Assembly (NCBI GenBank): GCA_963717525.1
Contig: OY970343.1
Coordinates: 1,088,001 to 1,152,000, forward strand
Reading direction: 5' to 3'
Source of the DNA: an uncultured Methanoregulaceae archaeon
GTDB lineage: Archaea; Halobacteriota; Methanomicrobia; Methanomicrobiales; Methanospirillaceae
DNA: 64,000 nt
Below are positions 32,306-43,653 of this stretch, in pieces. The notes under the pieces were generated by a model that was not told the DNA's origin, searched no databases, and saw only the letters and a list, made by a program, of their open reading frames with translations. Within the stretch, counting starts at the first letter, position 1. Each line of letters starts with the position of its first letter. The translations under genes and the position numbers were made by a program.

Positions 32306-33532
32306 ATGAAAACACTGATTGAGCATGCAAGAACAGGGATAATTACCCCACAGGTGCGGCTGGTTGCAGAGAAGGAAGGTGTGAATTCCGCGACCCTCTG
32401 CCGGCAGATAGCCGATGGCAGCACGGTGATCATGCAACGCGGTGACCGGCTGGTGGGAATCGGCAGGGGTCTCAGTACCAAGATCAATGTCAATCTCGGT
32501 ACTTCTACCGGGAAGGTAAATGTAGGGGATGAGATCAGAAAGGCCCGGATCGCAGAGGAGTTTGGCGCTGACACGATAAGCGATCTCTCGATGGGCGGAG
32601 ACATCGATGCAATCCGGGAGGAGATATGTTCTGTTACCACGCTTCCCATTACGACTGTCCCGGTATACCAGGCTGTTGTCGAAAATGGCCTTAAGGAGAT
32701 GACTTCCGGCGATATCCTTACGACTCTCCGGAAGCAGGCGGAGACGGGGATAAGTTCAGTTGTTGTCCATTGCGTCAGCAGGGAGATGCTCGACGGATTC
32801 CGGAAAAAGAACCGGGTGCTCGGCATGGTATCCAAAGGCGGTTCGATCACCAGCGCATTTATGCTCATTAACCAGTGCGAGAACCCGTTCGTGGAGCATT
32901 TTGATGAAGTCCTGTCGATATGCCGGAAGCACGATATTGTCCTTTCACTCGGAAACACCGCACGGAGCGGGTGTATCCATGACCGGAGAGACAAAATGCA
33001 GGTTGCCGAGATCCGCCAGAATATTGTACTCGCACACCGGGCGCTGGAGAGAGGGGTTCAGGTTATCATCGAAGGATGCGGCGGTCATATCCGGAGTGAC
33101 CGTATTCCGTCATATATCAAGTATCAAAAGGGACTTTCCCCATTCCCGCTTTTTGTTGCCGGACCATTGCCCACAGATATTGCCATTGGTTTTGACCATA
33201 TTGCCGGCGCGTGCGGTGGGAGTGCCGCAAGTGCTGCCGGGGCTGATTATCTCTGCTATATTACTCCTGCAGAACACCTCGGCCTTCCCACACCGGCTGC
33301 GGTAAAAGAAGGGCTCATTGCTTTCCGGATTGCAGCCCATATTGGTGATACGGTAAAATACGGCCGTGACGCTCAGGACAAAACCGTCGCTGAACTACGG
33401 GCAGCGCTCGATCGCGAAGGCCAGATCCGGTGTTCCATGGATCCCGGGAGGGCGCGCGAGTTATCTGATGGTGAGGCGGAATGCACAATGTGCGGGGAAT
33501 TCTGTGCGATAAAGATAATGAGGGAGTTCTGA
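32306..33532 (+). CDS. thiC: ThiC-family radical SAM enzyme (ThiC or BzaA/B/F-like paralog)
   Basis: TKINVNLGTS, GADTISDLS, TVPVYQ, CYITPAEHLGLP, IAAHIGD, CTMCGEFC. Confidence 0.85.
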   Translation: MKTLIEHARTGIITPQVRLVAEKEGVNSATLCRQIADGSTVIMQRGDRLVGIGRGLSTKINVNLGTSTGKVNVGDEIRKARIAEEFGADTISDLSMGGDIDAIREEICSVTTLPITTVPVYQAVVENGLKEMTSGDILTTLRKQAETGISSVVVHCVSREMLDGFRKKNRVLGMVSKGGSITSAFMLINQCENPFVEHFDEVLSICRKHDIVLSLGNTARSGCIHDRRDKMQVAEIRQNIVLAHRALERGVQVIIEGCGGHIRSDRIPSYIKYQKGLSPFPLFVAGPLPTDIAIGFDHIAGACGGSAASAAGADYLCYITPAEHLGLPTPAAVKEGLIAFRIAAHIGDTVKYGRDAQDKTVAELRAALDREGQIRCSMDPGRARELSDGEAECTMCGEFCAIKIMREF

Positions 33533-33788
33533 TAATGCCGCGGATTTCATGACAGGCAGTGGAGTATAAGCCTCAGTTCATCTCTCATTTTTGAAAAGTT
33601 CCATACATCCTAAACCGCGGGAAAAATACAAGCCGCAAACTGGATCCGAGCGATAGGATTTGATAGGTTGAGGGGCTCAATGTCCCGCCCGGTTTCCGGT
33701 TCGATTTTCCAGCGATTCTCTAGGCAGAAATCTCTCTAAAATTTTAGATTTTACATTATTCCTTTAATAGGAATAAAATGAAATTAAG

Positions 33789-33894
33789 GGTTCTGTTACG
33801 TTGTCGGGGCTTCGTCGAGAAAACCCGGGAATATATGAATTTTCACGATGTAAAATTTGTATAAATAATCAAAGTCCCGAGAAGCATCAGGACC
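33789..33894. repeat. Palindrome P8 (subfamily A, 106 bp)
   Basis: ggttctgttacgttgtcggggctt / aagtcccgagaagcatcaggacc. Confidence 0.75.
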
Positions 33895-33924
33895 GGAAAA
33901 AGAATGGAAATTCGGAGGAATGTA

Positions 33925-34413
33925 TTAACTGGAAAAATTCATTTTTTCATAACCGACGAGAGTCAGTTTTTCATTGATTATTTCCTCTTTGAATGGTTTG
34001 TACCCACGCCGGGTATAGAAAGCATTGTTCCTTTTACTTTCCCGACCGGTGAATAATTCAAATCTCTTAACGAGGGGAAAACTTTTTTCAATGCTCGTTA
34101 GAAGTAATGAACCAATCCCACGGTTCTGGTAATCTGGGTGAACTATTAATTTTTTTATTAAGCAGGATCCCTCATGTACTTCCGCTCGAACCGAACCGAC
34201 AATCTGTTTATCGATTTCAGCTTTGAGAAAGTGAGCATGCCGGAATTCATCATGGACTTCAGTAATATCCTGTTTTAACGGAGGAATTGAGTAATCACCG
34301 ATTAGTGCAGCTTCGCTCAGGAATGCAATCTTCTGAAGTTCAAGGATGGATTTGAGGTCGTCGGATACTGCGACAGATATGCAAATATCTTGCACGGTGT
34401 GGATTTTGCTCAT
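33925..34413 (-). CDS. GNAT family acetyltransferase
   Basis: LIVHPDYQNRGIGS, N..FY.RRGY. Confidence 0.85.
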   Translation of the reverse strand: MSKIHTVQDICISVAVSDDLKSILELQKIAFLSEAALIGDYSIPPLKQDITEVHDEFRHAHFLKAEIDKQIVGSVRAEVHEGSCLIKKLIVHPDYQNRGIGSLLLTSIEKSFPLVKRFELFTGRESKRNNAFYTRRGYKPFKEEIINEKLTLVGYEKMNFSS

Positions 34414-34779
34414 GAGGGAACCTGAGGTGAAATTATTTCTTATGTTATCCTGCCATTCATTGATGAAACTATCTGCCATGATTTTCTGTTTTTGTAAATT
34501 AAACGAAAACTAGATTTTAGGACGAGAACTATTCGAAATGAATTGGACGACGATCCTTGCATCAGATTTATTCTTATCATTTTACGCGAGGGAGAGTACG
34601 TGTTTTTTACCGACTCTGTTTCAATCGCCATATCCATAATTGCCTTTAATCAACCTGAGGATTAACTCTACTTGGGACGAATAGCAGAGATAAAACCGTA
34701 ATACACATGAATTCGAGTTTTCCCGAAAACTATACGTTATCAAAATATATTATATTTATAATGTACTGGTGGACGTATT

Positions 34780-37345
34780 ATGGTAGAAAAAATTGAAGAT
34801 GGGTCTTTTTCTGAGGAAAATTCAAAATTGAAGCTATTTATTGCATATTCGCATAAAGACAATACCCTTGAAAAAACATTTATTGAAGATTTTAAAACGC
34901 ATATCGCTCCTTTTAAAAACAATTGTTTAGTTGAAGAATGGTACGATCATGAATTATTACCTGGTGATGAATTAGAGAGAATAAATTCCAATTTAGAAAA
35001 TTCGGATATCATTTGTTTATTTCTCTCAGCATATTTTCTGGATTCTCGTGCATGTATGAATGAAAAAAGAAAGGCAATGGAATTTAGAAAAAAGAAGGGC
35101 GTTCAAGTCATGCCAATTATTTTGTCACCATGTGGATGGAAAGAAGATCCTGATATAATCAAATTAAAATCAATGCCAACCGATGGGAAACCAGTCTCAT
35201 CATTTATTGATAAAAATGAAGCTTGGCAGGACGTCTGTGAAGGATTAAAAAAATTGATTGAGCGAGAGACGAGGATAAAGAATCTGACGATAACTGGACA
35301 ATTTAATAAATTTCTATATGATGCAGATTTATTTACAAAAAACCACTCTACTAAAGAAACCGTTTCTTTAAATGACATTTATATTGATACAGAACTTCAG
35401 AAAATTGATAGTTTCAAAAAAATTTCAACTATAATTAATTCTCATGAACTTCTAGATAATCTCTTGTCCGAGAAAAAAATTATTATAGCCGGTGAAAATC
35501 AATCTGGAAAAACAACTCTTTGTAAAAGATTATTTTGCGATTTACGCACTCTAAATTTAATTCCGGTATATGTCTCAGCAGAAAAAATTTCACATCCTGG
35601 TAAGATAGATAATTTTATTGAAAAATCTCTTCATGAACAATATAACAATTTTAACGAGAGTGAACTCAATCGGGAGAAAATAGTTCCAATTATCGATGAC
35701 TTCCATTATGTGGAAGACAAAGAAAAACACATCACGAATTTATTAAAATATTCCTTATGCGTTATCATCGTCGATGAAATTTTCAATATAAATATCAAAG
35801 ATGAAACACTCATCTATTCCTTTACAACTTTCAGAATTAAAGAACTAAAACCGTCAATAAGATATGAGTTGGTAAAAAAATGGGTTGGTTTATCCGATAA
35901 AGGTTTTAGTTACCAAGGTATTGATAATAATGTTGAACTAATAAATAACACTCTAGGAAGAAATATTGGCAAGGGCTTAATACCTGCTTATCCCTTCTTT
36001 ATTTTGTCCACTCTTTTCACCTATGAAACTTTCTTACCGCTTAATCAGGATATTACTTCGCAAGGCCATTGTTATCAAGCGTTCATCTATTATTATTTAG
36101 GAACAAAAAGAGGTGTGAAATTTGATGCAATGGATGTATATTTGAATTTTTTAAGTGAAGTTGCATCTTACATGCATCTAACGAAAAAAAATGAATTGAA
36201 TCCTTATGACTTTTCCAATTTTATGAAAAATTATTCTTCAAAATATAATCTCCCGATTTCACAGGATATTCTTCTTGATAATTTATTCGAAATCTTCTCC
36301 AAAAACAGTTTTAATAATTACAAATTCAAATACCAATGTTTTTATTATTATTTTGTCGCCAAAGCGTTTTCTGATCACGCAGAAGAACCAAAAGAGTGGG
36401 AAAGAATACTAGATATTCTACATAATCTTCAAATTGACGAGAATGCCTATATTACAGTTTTCCTAATTCATCATTCCAAAAAAATCGGAATTTTTGATGA
36501 GATCGAAAGAATTTCATCATCGCTGTTTAGCAATTATCGTCCTGCGACCTTAGATAAAGATGAACTCGGATTTTTCGATGAACAGTCCCACAATATCGTT
36601 AAAGCCGTATTACCTCCGACGAATCATACCCCCGAAATGGAAAGAAATCGAAGATTAAAACTAGAAGATCAAATGGAACAGTCCAGCGATTCCGAAATAG
36701 AACAAGTCAAAGGAAATGGTGCAGCAATCAATGATTTTAGGAAGGCAATAAAAACAGTTGAGGTAATGGGATGCATTATCCGAAACCGTGCAGGTTCTTT
36801 AGAGCGAGATAAGCTGCAAAATATTTTTTTGGACGGTATGAATGTTCATCTTCGATTACTTTCCTCATTTATTAATATAATAAAAGGAGATAATGAGCAA
36901 AAAGAAATTGTTGAATATATCTCAAAAAGATTAAGTCACTTAGATGAGGGGAAGAACCCAAATGAAAAATTAACAGAAGAGAAAAAAAAGAAGTATGCAT
37001 ATAATATTTTTTGGAATGCCAACTTCTTTGTGATTTATGGGATTCTTTATAAAATTGTTCATTCACTTGGTTCTGATAAATTAATTGAAATTTCTAATCA
37101 AATTTGTGAAAATATTGATAATCCTTCATCTATTTTAGTAAAGCATGGAATTCTAATGGGATATGAAAAAAATTTGCAAATTGATGAACTAAATAAACGG
37201 ATTAATGAAAATGATTTTTCAAAGATTCCTAAGAAAGTCGCAGAAATGATTGTAGTAGATTACAGACTCGGTAAATCAGATTACTTATCGTGATAAACAA
37301 CGAATCGAAAATACTTTAAACATATCCAGACATCGATTAAAATAA
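34780..37345 (+). CDS. TIR domain + STAND/NACHT-like NTPase protein (probable 1-nt insertion near 37266; ORF as given ends at 37293)
   Basis: LFIAYSHKD, FLDS.ACMNE (TIR), GENQSGKTT Walker A, IIDD Walker B; alternative frame continues QITYRDKQRIENTL to 37345. Confidence 0.8.
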
Positions 37346-37411
37346 AAAATTAAAATTACTTTTCCGTCACTTGTTAAAAGATATGTTCGTTTAATTTGCA
37401 TAAAAGAAAAA

Positions 37412-37506
37412 AATTCTGTAGAAAAAAAGTTGTCGTGGCTTTTAGTCCTAGGCAAGTATTGATTACGAAGAGGTCATTTCCGGTTAAGTTCTCGTTAACC
37501 AGAGCT
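37412..37506. repeat. Palindrome P9 (degenerate subfamily A)
   Basis: aattctgta...gttgtcg and ttaagttctcgttaaccagagct; ends 9 bp from the stop of the next gene. Confidence 0.5.
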
Positions 37507-37514
37507 CATTCAAA

Positions 37515-38477
37515 TCATAATCGTTGAGATCCCTCTATCACATGAACAACAAAGTAAGCCGTATCCCATCCGTTTTCTGCCAGCGTTCGGTTCTGCCGGG
37601 TTACCGATACCATGAAACCATTTATATCACCATACACGCCATTCACCGTCGATATTCCTATTATATTGGGGGACGTATTCACAAAAATCGACCATGTGTT
37701 CACTCCGCAGGAACCCGCTTGAACTTTGGCATCGCTTCCATAAGGATATCCACAGCATCCAAACTGGATGGTCCCCATTTTTCCACAGGGCATCATACAC
37801 ATCGACTCTAAAGAGAGACTGATGTTCTCTCCCGGGGGTATGTTAGTCGTTCCATTGATAAAGAAATCGCCGGTATAACTTTGCACCTCATTCAGGGAAA
37901 TATTTTGATCCGGGAGGGAATCAATCTGAATCCAGGTATTGTTTGTTACGGTTGTAAGATCCTTCGTGTCCTGAACGAGCAGGAGATCAAAACAATCTGT
38001 CCCTGTCGAATATCTGAGGCACACATGGTCATAAGGACTGTCGCCATCCCCATACGGCAAGGTACTGAGATAATTTTCCCAATCCAGCCCTGTCTGGTTT
38101 CCACTGATGGCAACTAAGAACGTTCCGTTTGCATTGACTGGAACTGGCATGGAAGAACCACTTGGGCCCGGCTCCAGTTCAGAATATACAGAAACCTCTA
38201 CTGAAAGATTGGCATTATCGGGAATCGTTCCTTCATAGGTGAATGGGTCACCCTGAATGACACGATATTCCCTGCGTTCGGAGGCCGAGCAAGAAGTCCG
38301 AGCGGGTGACGGTACTGTCGATGTCGTAGTGATTAAAGGTGGGGGTACTGGCGTAGTAACAACCTGTAACGCGTTTGCAGTCGCGTTTTTCATACCCATG
38401 GATGAGATGCAGCCCGATACAAACAAAAATACTGCGAGAATAAGGAAACTCGCATAAAATGTTTGGCGCAAGTGCAT
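37515..38477 (-). CDS. Secreted lipoprotein with ITIDP/GTTN Ig-like domain
   Basis: VSGC lipobox; WIQIDSLPD...FFINGTTNI. Confidence 0.7.
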   Translation of the reverse strand: MHLRQTFYASFLILAVFLFVSGCISSMGMKNATANALQVVTTPVPPPLITTTSTVPSPARTSCSASERREYRVIQGDPFTYEGTIPDNANLSVEVSVYSELEPGPSGSSMPVPVNANGTFLVAISGNQTGLDWENYLSTLPYGDGDSPYDHVCLRYSTGTDCFDLLLVQDTKDLTTVTNNTWIQIDSLPDQNISLNEVQSYTGDFFINGTTNIPPGENISLSLESMCMMPCGKMGTIQFGCCGYPYGSDAKVQAGSCGVNTWSIFVNTSPNIIGISTVNGVYGDINGFMVSVTRQNRTLAENGWDTAYFVVHVIEGSQRL

Positions 38478-38513
38478 AATTTCACCTGGTATATATGAAT
38501 AGTCATTTCTCCC

Positions 38514-38603
38514 GGTTCTAATAAACTGATTGAATTTTTGGCTCTGTAGAATCCTTCACCGAGTTAACAGAGCCTCTTTAAGTCTCGTTAACGCACCAGA
38601 ACC
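38514..38603. repeat. Palindrome P10 (subfamily A, 90 bp) containing a nested 35-bp ggctctgt...acagagcc (38540-38574)
   Basis: Right arm ttaagtctcgttaacgcaccagaacc. Confidence 0.7.
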
Positions 38604-38654
38604 TTTGAGAGATAGAAATAAAGATTACCTCGGATATAAACAAAAGTGAATGAT

Positions 38655-39509
38655 ATGAAGTCGAAATTAATATTTTTTGCTTGTTTCGTCCTATTTCTTA
38701 CAGCGATAATAATTGTCCAGTCAGTGAATGCCGATACGATAACCCCCGTTACAACGCCTTATATATCGATCGATCCCATCGGAAACCATACAACTGGCGA
38801 TTCATTCTTTATTAATGGGACAACGAATCTGGCGGCTATCAATGAGTCTCTTGAACTTACAATATTCAATCCTAACCCTGGGGGATATGGATCCTCTTAT
38901 ACGTCTAATGTATCTGTACAACCCGGAGAAAATGGTGTAAATCTTTGGTCTGAGTATATTTCAGCATCTCGATGGACGACTTCCACACGGAGTGGCACCA
39001 GCATTTCTGATTATAATATGCCCGGTCAATATACCGTGCTTGTTCATTCCCCGGATACTATTGCAACAATTTTTTTCTCCATGTTGCCATCAGAAAGCAG
39101 AATCCTTACAAGTTACACGCCACCGGTTGCATCTTTCATAATAACGAATTCCTCCGGAACGGCACCACTGGCAGTCCAATTTACGGATACTTCCGCAAAC
39201 TCCCCGACCTCGTGGCTCTGGTCGTTCGGTGACGGCAGAACATCGAGGTCACAGAACCCCTCACACATCTATACAAATGCCGGGACCTACACGGTAATGC
39301 TTACGGTAACAAATGGGGCAGGCAGCAATACAACCCCCGGGTCCGGCATAATTACGGCGAGCGGAATATCTGCAACAACCACAACGGTATCCCCTGATCA
39401 AGCTCCAATGACCACTCAATCATCTCCGCTTTCTGTGCTGGTATCCATTGCAGCCTTTGTCGGAGTTGTAATCGTTAATGAATGCCTGATAAAAAAGCGA
39501 GGATTATGA
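38655..39509 (+). CDS. Surface protein: signal peptide, ITIDP/GTTN domain, PKD domain, C-terminal anchor
   Basis: YISIDPIGNH...FFINGTTNL; VQFTDTS...W.WSFGDG...QNPSH.Y..AGTYTV. Confidence 0.8.
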   Translation: MKSKLIFFACFVLFLTAIIIVQSVNADTITPVTTPYISIDPIGNHTTGDSFFINGTTNLAAINESLELTIFNPNPGGYGSSYTSNVSVQPGENGVNLWSEYISASRWTTSTRSGTSISDYNMPGQYTVLVHSPDTIATIFFSMLPSESRILTSYTPPVASFIITNSSGTAPLAVQFTDTSANSPTSWLWSFGDGRTSRSQNPSHIYTNAGTYTVMLTVTNGAGSNTTPGSGIITASGISATTTTVSPDQAPMTTQSSPLSVLVSIAAFVGVVIVNECLIKKRGL

Positions 39510-40156
39510 TGCCATCAAAAATCAATTCCCTTATTCTTGGTATAATATTGGCCTCGGTAATTATTCCGCTGGTAAGTGCAGAAAATGGAAATGTAACCCT
39601 TGATACAACTCCGTTTATCACAATTGATCCCATCGGGAACCATGCGTTTGACGATGGGTTCTTTATTAACGGAACAACTAACCTGGGGCATTGGGAGAAT
39701 ACGCTTGACCTGGATATCGAATGGTGGGCGTTTAACCCGGCAGGCCGCTGGTCATCCATGTATATTACAAACGCATCCATCCAGTCCGTTGGGAATGGGA
39801 CGGGCATCTGGTCAGCGAAGATCCTACCCGCCCAATGGGAGATGTACACAGATGTGGAGCACCAGACAACCGTATTCCGGGACGTGTACCCGGGTGAATA
39901 CGTAGCGTATGTTTCTTCATCAAGTTCTCTCGGACCTACAGTAATTGCCCAACAGACTTTTTTTATTGTGCCAGATGAAAACAACCGCACTTCCGACACC
40001 TCGTCCACGATACAACCCTCACCTGAAACTGAAGTAGCGAATCCAAGTTTATCACCACTCCGGCAGGACACTCCGCTTCCCGTGACGGTACCGTTTGTTG
40101 CTCTTTTTGCCGTCATAGTCTGCCGGGTCGTGTTGAATGCCAGAAAAAGGAAGTGA
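39506..40156 (+). CDS. Surface protein with ITIDP/GTTN domain and C-terminal anchor
   Basis: FITIDPIGNH...FFINGTTNL; TM helix + RKRK tail. Confidence 0.7.
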   Translation: MMPSKINSLILGIILASVIIPLVSAENGNVTLDTTPFITIDPIGNHAFDDGFFINGTTNLGHWENTLDLDIEWWAFNPAGRWSSMYITNASIQSVGNGTGIWSAKILPAQWEMYTDVEHQTTVFRDVYPGEYVAYVSSSSSLGPTVIAQQTFFIVPDENNRTSDTSSTIQPSPETEVANPSLSPLRQDTPLPVTVPFVALFAVIVCRVVLNARKRK

Positions 40157-40204
40157 TTTCATGAAGTGCGAAGTAAATCCTCATCTGAAGTCCGAGATCT
40201 GAAC

Positions 40205-40718
40205 ATGATTAACAAAAAATCAGGATTGGTGATTGTCGGAGCGGTCATTCTCATGATGATTCTCGTCAGCCGGCTGTCTCGGGTCCGACACGCAAAATCC
40301 AAAAGCGGGTGCTGGGTCAATACAATGTTCGGAATCGGTGGGATCGGGACAAAATATGATTATTAACGAAACGCAGAGCAACGCCACAATCTGCGCCAAC
40401 CTGAACAGCTCTCTAACAATAAGGTTGACCGATTACACCAGACTCGGATTGAATTGGGCCATAACCGGGACTCCCGGTCTCAAAATAATTGACGATGGTG
40501 TAACCCTTTATTGGTTTGATCAAAACGGCACACCCATGACTGCTTTAGAGGCGAGTAACTATACCGGACCGGGAATGCAAACTGGTGAAAATGTATGGGA
40601 TGTCACCATGGTAAATACCGGCATACAGACCATGAAGGGCGTCCTCATATTTCCAGGAGCACCAGCCGGCGCCCCGGTTAATGATCGGGTGTTTAACTTG
40701 ACAATTGTTGTCGAATAG
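40205..40718 (+). CDS. Lipoprotein with chagasin/I42 protease-inhibitor-like domain (1-nt insertion near 40269)
   Basis: Signal peptide joins GCLGS...IINETQSNAT...G.NVWDV...FNLTIVVE after removal of one base. Confidence 0.6.
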
Positions 40719-40915
40719 ATGTTCCCTCATTTTCGTAGTTAGTGAAAACCTTTCTTTTTCGAGTTTTGGTGACGGCTTGCCGGATCGTTAAGTGAAATGA
40801 ATTTTTGCTCCCCAACAGGAAGCACAATCGAACTTTTTCTTATAATAGCCAAAATAATTTTGCATTGTGCCAAAAACTTTATACATTATGCCAAGTATAT
40901 AGTGCATGAGGCCCT

Positions 40916-41773
40916 ATGAAACACAAGACCCTAGTAATGGGCAGCATTGCTGCTGTCGCTATTATTGCCGTCGTTATATGCGTCGGCATGGTTACCGGAT
41001 ATTCGGTATTCAAACAACTCAACACCGTTAAACCGGTAAGCAATGTGAATACTGGAGTCCAGTCAGCCGCTATGGAAAGTACCCCAGTTAATACGCCACC
41101 GTACATCACCATAGATCCCGTTACCGACGAAACAACCGGTGATCTTCTGATTGTTACCGGTTCGACGAATCTTCCGGAAGGAACGGCCCTCATGGTCCAG
41201 ATAAGCGGCACCGGAGGAAATACCGAGGTGAACCAAGGAAGCAACGGGATAAACCGGTATTCGATGCCAATCGACACATCCATCTTAAAACCGGGCACAC
41301 TTAATATCACGGTGTCCCAGATGATCGGTGATCCGGCAAAAGGAAATTATGGGCCGGGGACAGTCAAAGCGACTGCCTCTTTCATGTTGGAAGGTACCTA
41401 CCTTGCAACTGATGCACCAGTCCAGCCGATAATCACCTCAAGTGATTACATCCGATTAAATGCAATCGGCAATCGGTCTGTCGGAGACCAGTTCCTTATT
41501 ACTGGAACTACCAGTCTACCGGTAGGTACCAACATTATGTGGCAGATCATGCCGGATACCGGAACATCCCCCACAGGTGTCAACATGACCGCAAGTGGCG
41601 ACGGTGGAAATAACATGGTAACGAAAGGCAACGGCACCGCAAACCAGGTATCGTTTGCTGCTGACATGAGCCGACAGGTTCCGGGGAAGTGGGTTGTTCT
41701 TGTTGGGGTAGCAAAAGAAGGTGCATTTGCGATGGAAAACCCCATGGCAACCACCTACTTTACTCTGCAATAG
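40916..41773 (+). CDS. Membrane-anchored surface protein with two ITIDP/GTTN domains
   Basis: YITIDPV..VTGSTNL and YIRLNAI..ITGTTSL. Confidence 0.72.
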   Translation: MKHKTLVMGSIAAVAIIAVVICVGMVTGYSVFKQLNTVKPVSNVNTGVQSAAMESTPVNTPPYITIDPVTDETTGDLLIVTGSTNLPEGTALMVQISGTGGNTEVNQGSNGINRYSMPIDTSILKPGTLNITVSQMIGDPAKGNYGPGTVKATASFMLEGTYLATDAPVQPIITSSDYIRLNAIGNRSVGDQFLITGTTSLPVGTNIMWQIMPDTGTSPTGVNMTASGDGGNNMVTKGNGTANQVSFAADMSRQVPGKWVVLVGVAKEGAFAMENPMATTYFTLQ

Positions 41774-41886
41774 GAGGAGGCATGTTAAGGGAACACACCC
41801 ATCCATTTTTTTCGAAAACCGAAATGCTGGATCAAAGATAAAAAATTTTCACTTATTGCACAAAATACGTTACATGTGGCGCGCCT

Positions 41887-42726
41887 ATGAAAAAGAAATA
41901 TCTCACCTATGCCGGTATTGTTTCAGCAATAATACTGGTCGTCATGTTCGCCATTATCCTCCTGACCGGTTTTTTTGCAATCTTCTCAACGGCGACCATC
42001 GATCCCATCCCGGATTATGCTCCAGGAAATCTCGTGGTCATCACAGGGACAACGAATCTCATGGCCGGAACGATGCTGGAATTGGATATTGTTAATCTCT
42101 CATCTTCTTCCGGGACGTACTCCCGTGTCGGGGGAGTGGATGCGTTCATTGTCCGTGGAGGGGGAATCGCGAACAGCTGGTCTGGCGTCCTCGATACCTC
42201 ATCCCTCCCTCCGGGAGAATACCAGGTAAATGCTTACGCGACGAACGGTACCGGTTCCCGGAGTAATCTCCTTGCCACAGCCCGGCTCAGGCTGACAATT
42301 ACCGCCCCAAACCAGAACAAGATCATCTACAATTTTACATCACAAGGACCGGTTGCCGGGCCCTGCAATGTTATCATGATCGATACTTTAGCGGGCACGC
42401 TCACCAACCAGACCTATACGGTCACTGGTACAACCAGCCTCTCCCCTGGTGCACAATTGCTTTTAGAGGTATTTCCCGCAGAGATTGATGTCAACGTGAA
42501 CATGGGAACCGCAGGAATGTCGGGATCCATGTCCGGGGCATCAGATGATGTGGAAGTCGTCCGAGGAACCGGGAACACAAACATCTGGTCCGCAGATCTC
42601 GACCTTTCAAGGTTGCCACCAGATGAATACCTTGTAAATGTTAGCAATGACCGGATCGATAACCGGACCTACTCGAAGATATACGGGGATACCTACTGCT
42701 CACAAAGATTTACCCTTTCAGGTTGA
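41887..42726 (+). CDS. Membrane-anchored surface protein with two ITIDP/GTTN domains
   Basis: ATIDPIPD..ITGTTNL and IMIDTL..VTGTTSL. Confidence 0.72.
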   Translation: MKKKYLTYAGIVSAIILVVMFAIILLTGFFAIFSTATIDPIPDYAPGNLVVITGTTNLMAGTMLELDIVNLSSSSGTYSRVGGVDAFIVRGGGIANSWSGVLDTSSLPPGEYQVNAYATNGTGSRSNLLATARLRLTITAPNQNKIIYNFTSQGPVAGPCNVIMIDTLAGTLTNQTYTVTGTTSLSPGAQLLLEVFPAEIDVNVNMGTAGMSGSMSGASDDVEVVRGTGNTNIWSADLDLSRLPPDEYLVNVSNDRIDNRTYSKIYGDTYCSQRFTLSG

Positions 42727-42731
42727 TTGTC

Positions 42732-43311
42732 ATGAAACGCCTTACCTATCTTACCTGCACTCTCATCACGGCCTGTATGGTTGCCGCAATGGTCGGGTGG
42801 TCGATGGCAGACCGGTAATTTTCTCGTCACGGTCATCGCCATCCCGCTCGGGATTATCGTTGTCCTCGCCTGCCGTACTCAGGTCGATATCGTTATCGCA
42901 GACGAGCGGGAGAAGAGGATCCGGAGTAAAGCTGCTCTCCGGACACTCGAAGTTGTCATCATCGGAGGGGCGATTGCCGCGATTATTCTGTATTCCTTTG
43001 TGGTGAGTATCCCGCTAACCCCGATAATTACCGGAAAAATATTCATCAATGCCGATGGGACACAATCCATGACAATAGCCGAGTATACGCCGGGGAGTGT
43101 GCCGGGCCCGCAAACCCTTGTCCGACAGACCACCATACAAAACCTGAATGCCATGAATGAGTCCGAGGCAATAACGTACTGTTCCTATGTCCGCGAGGGG
43201 TTTCAGGAAAACGAAAACCGGGGGCTTGTCGGCATGACTATTGGAAGCGTTCTGGTGGTTCTTCTGGCAACATTTGGAGCATTTTATCTCTATTACGATA
43301 AAAAATATTGA
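42732..43311 (+). CDS. DUF2178-like membrane protein (1-nt insertion near 42809)
   Basis: ADERE..I..KAA..T, FYLYY.KKY; directly upstream of an XRE HTH gene. Confidence 0.7.
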
Positions 43312-43327
43312 TTCTCAAAGGCTTGTA

Positions 43328-43552
43328 ATGAAAAACAGGATTAAAGTGCTCCGGGCTGAGCGGGATATGACACAAGAGCAACTCGCAGAGCTCGCCGGAG
43401 TATCACGGAATACCATCATCTCTATGGAGAAGGACAAATATTGCCCCTCGTTAAAACTCGGGTACCGCATTGCCCATGTTTTCGGGGTTGGAATTGATGA
43501 TGTCTTTACCTACGAACCGGATAAGGATGGACCGTCTGGTGATGATGAATAA
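43328..43552 (+). CDS. XRE-family HTH transcriptional regulator
   Basis: MKNRIKVLRAE..MTQEQLA..GVSRNTI...KY.PSL.L. Confidence 0.9.
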   Translation: MKNRIKVLRAERDMTQEQLAELAGVSRNTIISMEKDKYCPSLKLGYRIAHVFGVGIDDVFTYEPDKDGPSGDDE

Positions 43553-43559
43553 TCGTTAA

Positions 43560-43637
43560 GGCTCTGTCAAGTCTTCAGTGGTAGCATTAAGCCTTCGTCG
43601 AAGAAAATATGTTGCCATCCGCAGACTTTACAGAGCC
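43560..43637. repeat. Palindrome P11 (subfamily C, 78 bp)
   Basis: ggctctgtcaagtct / agactttacagagcc; fills the gap between two convergent stop codons. Confidence 0.85.
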
Positions 43638-43653
43638 GGATGGAAGCGTCCGT

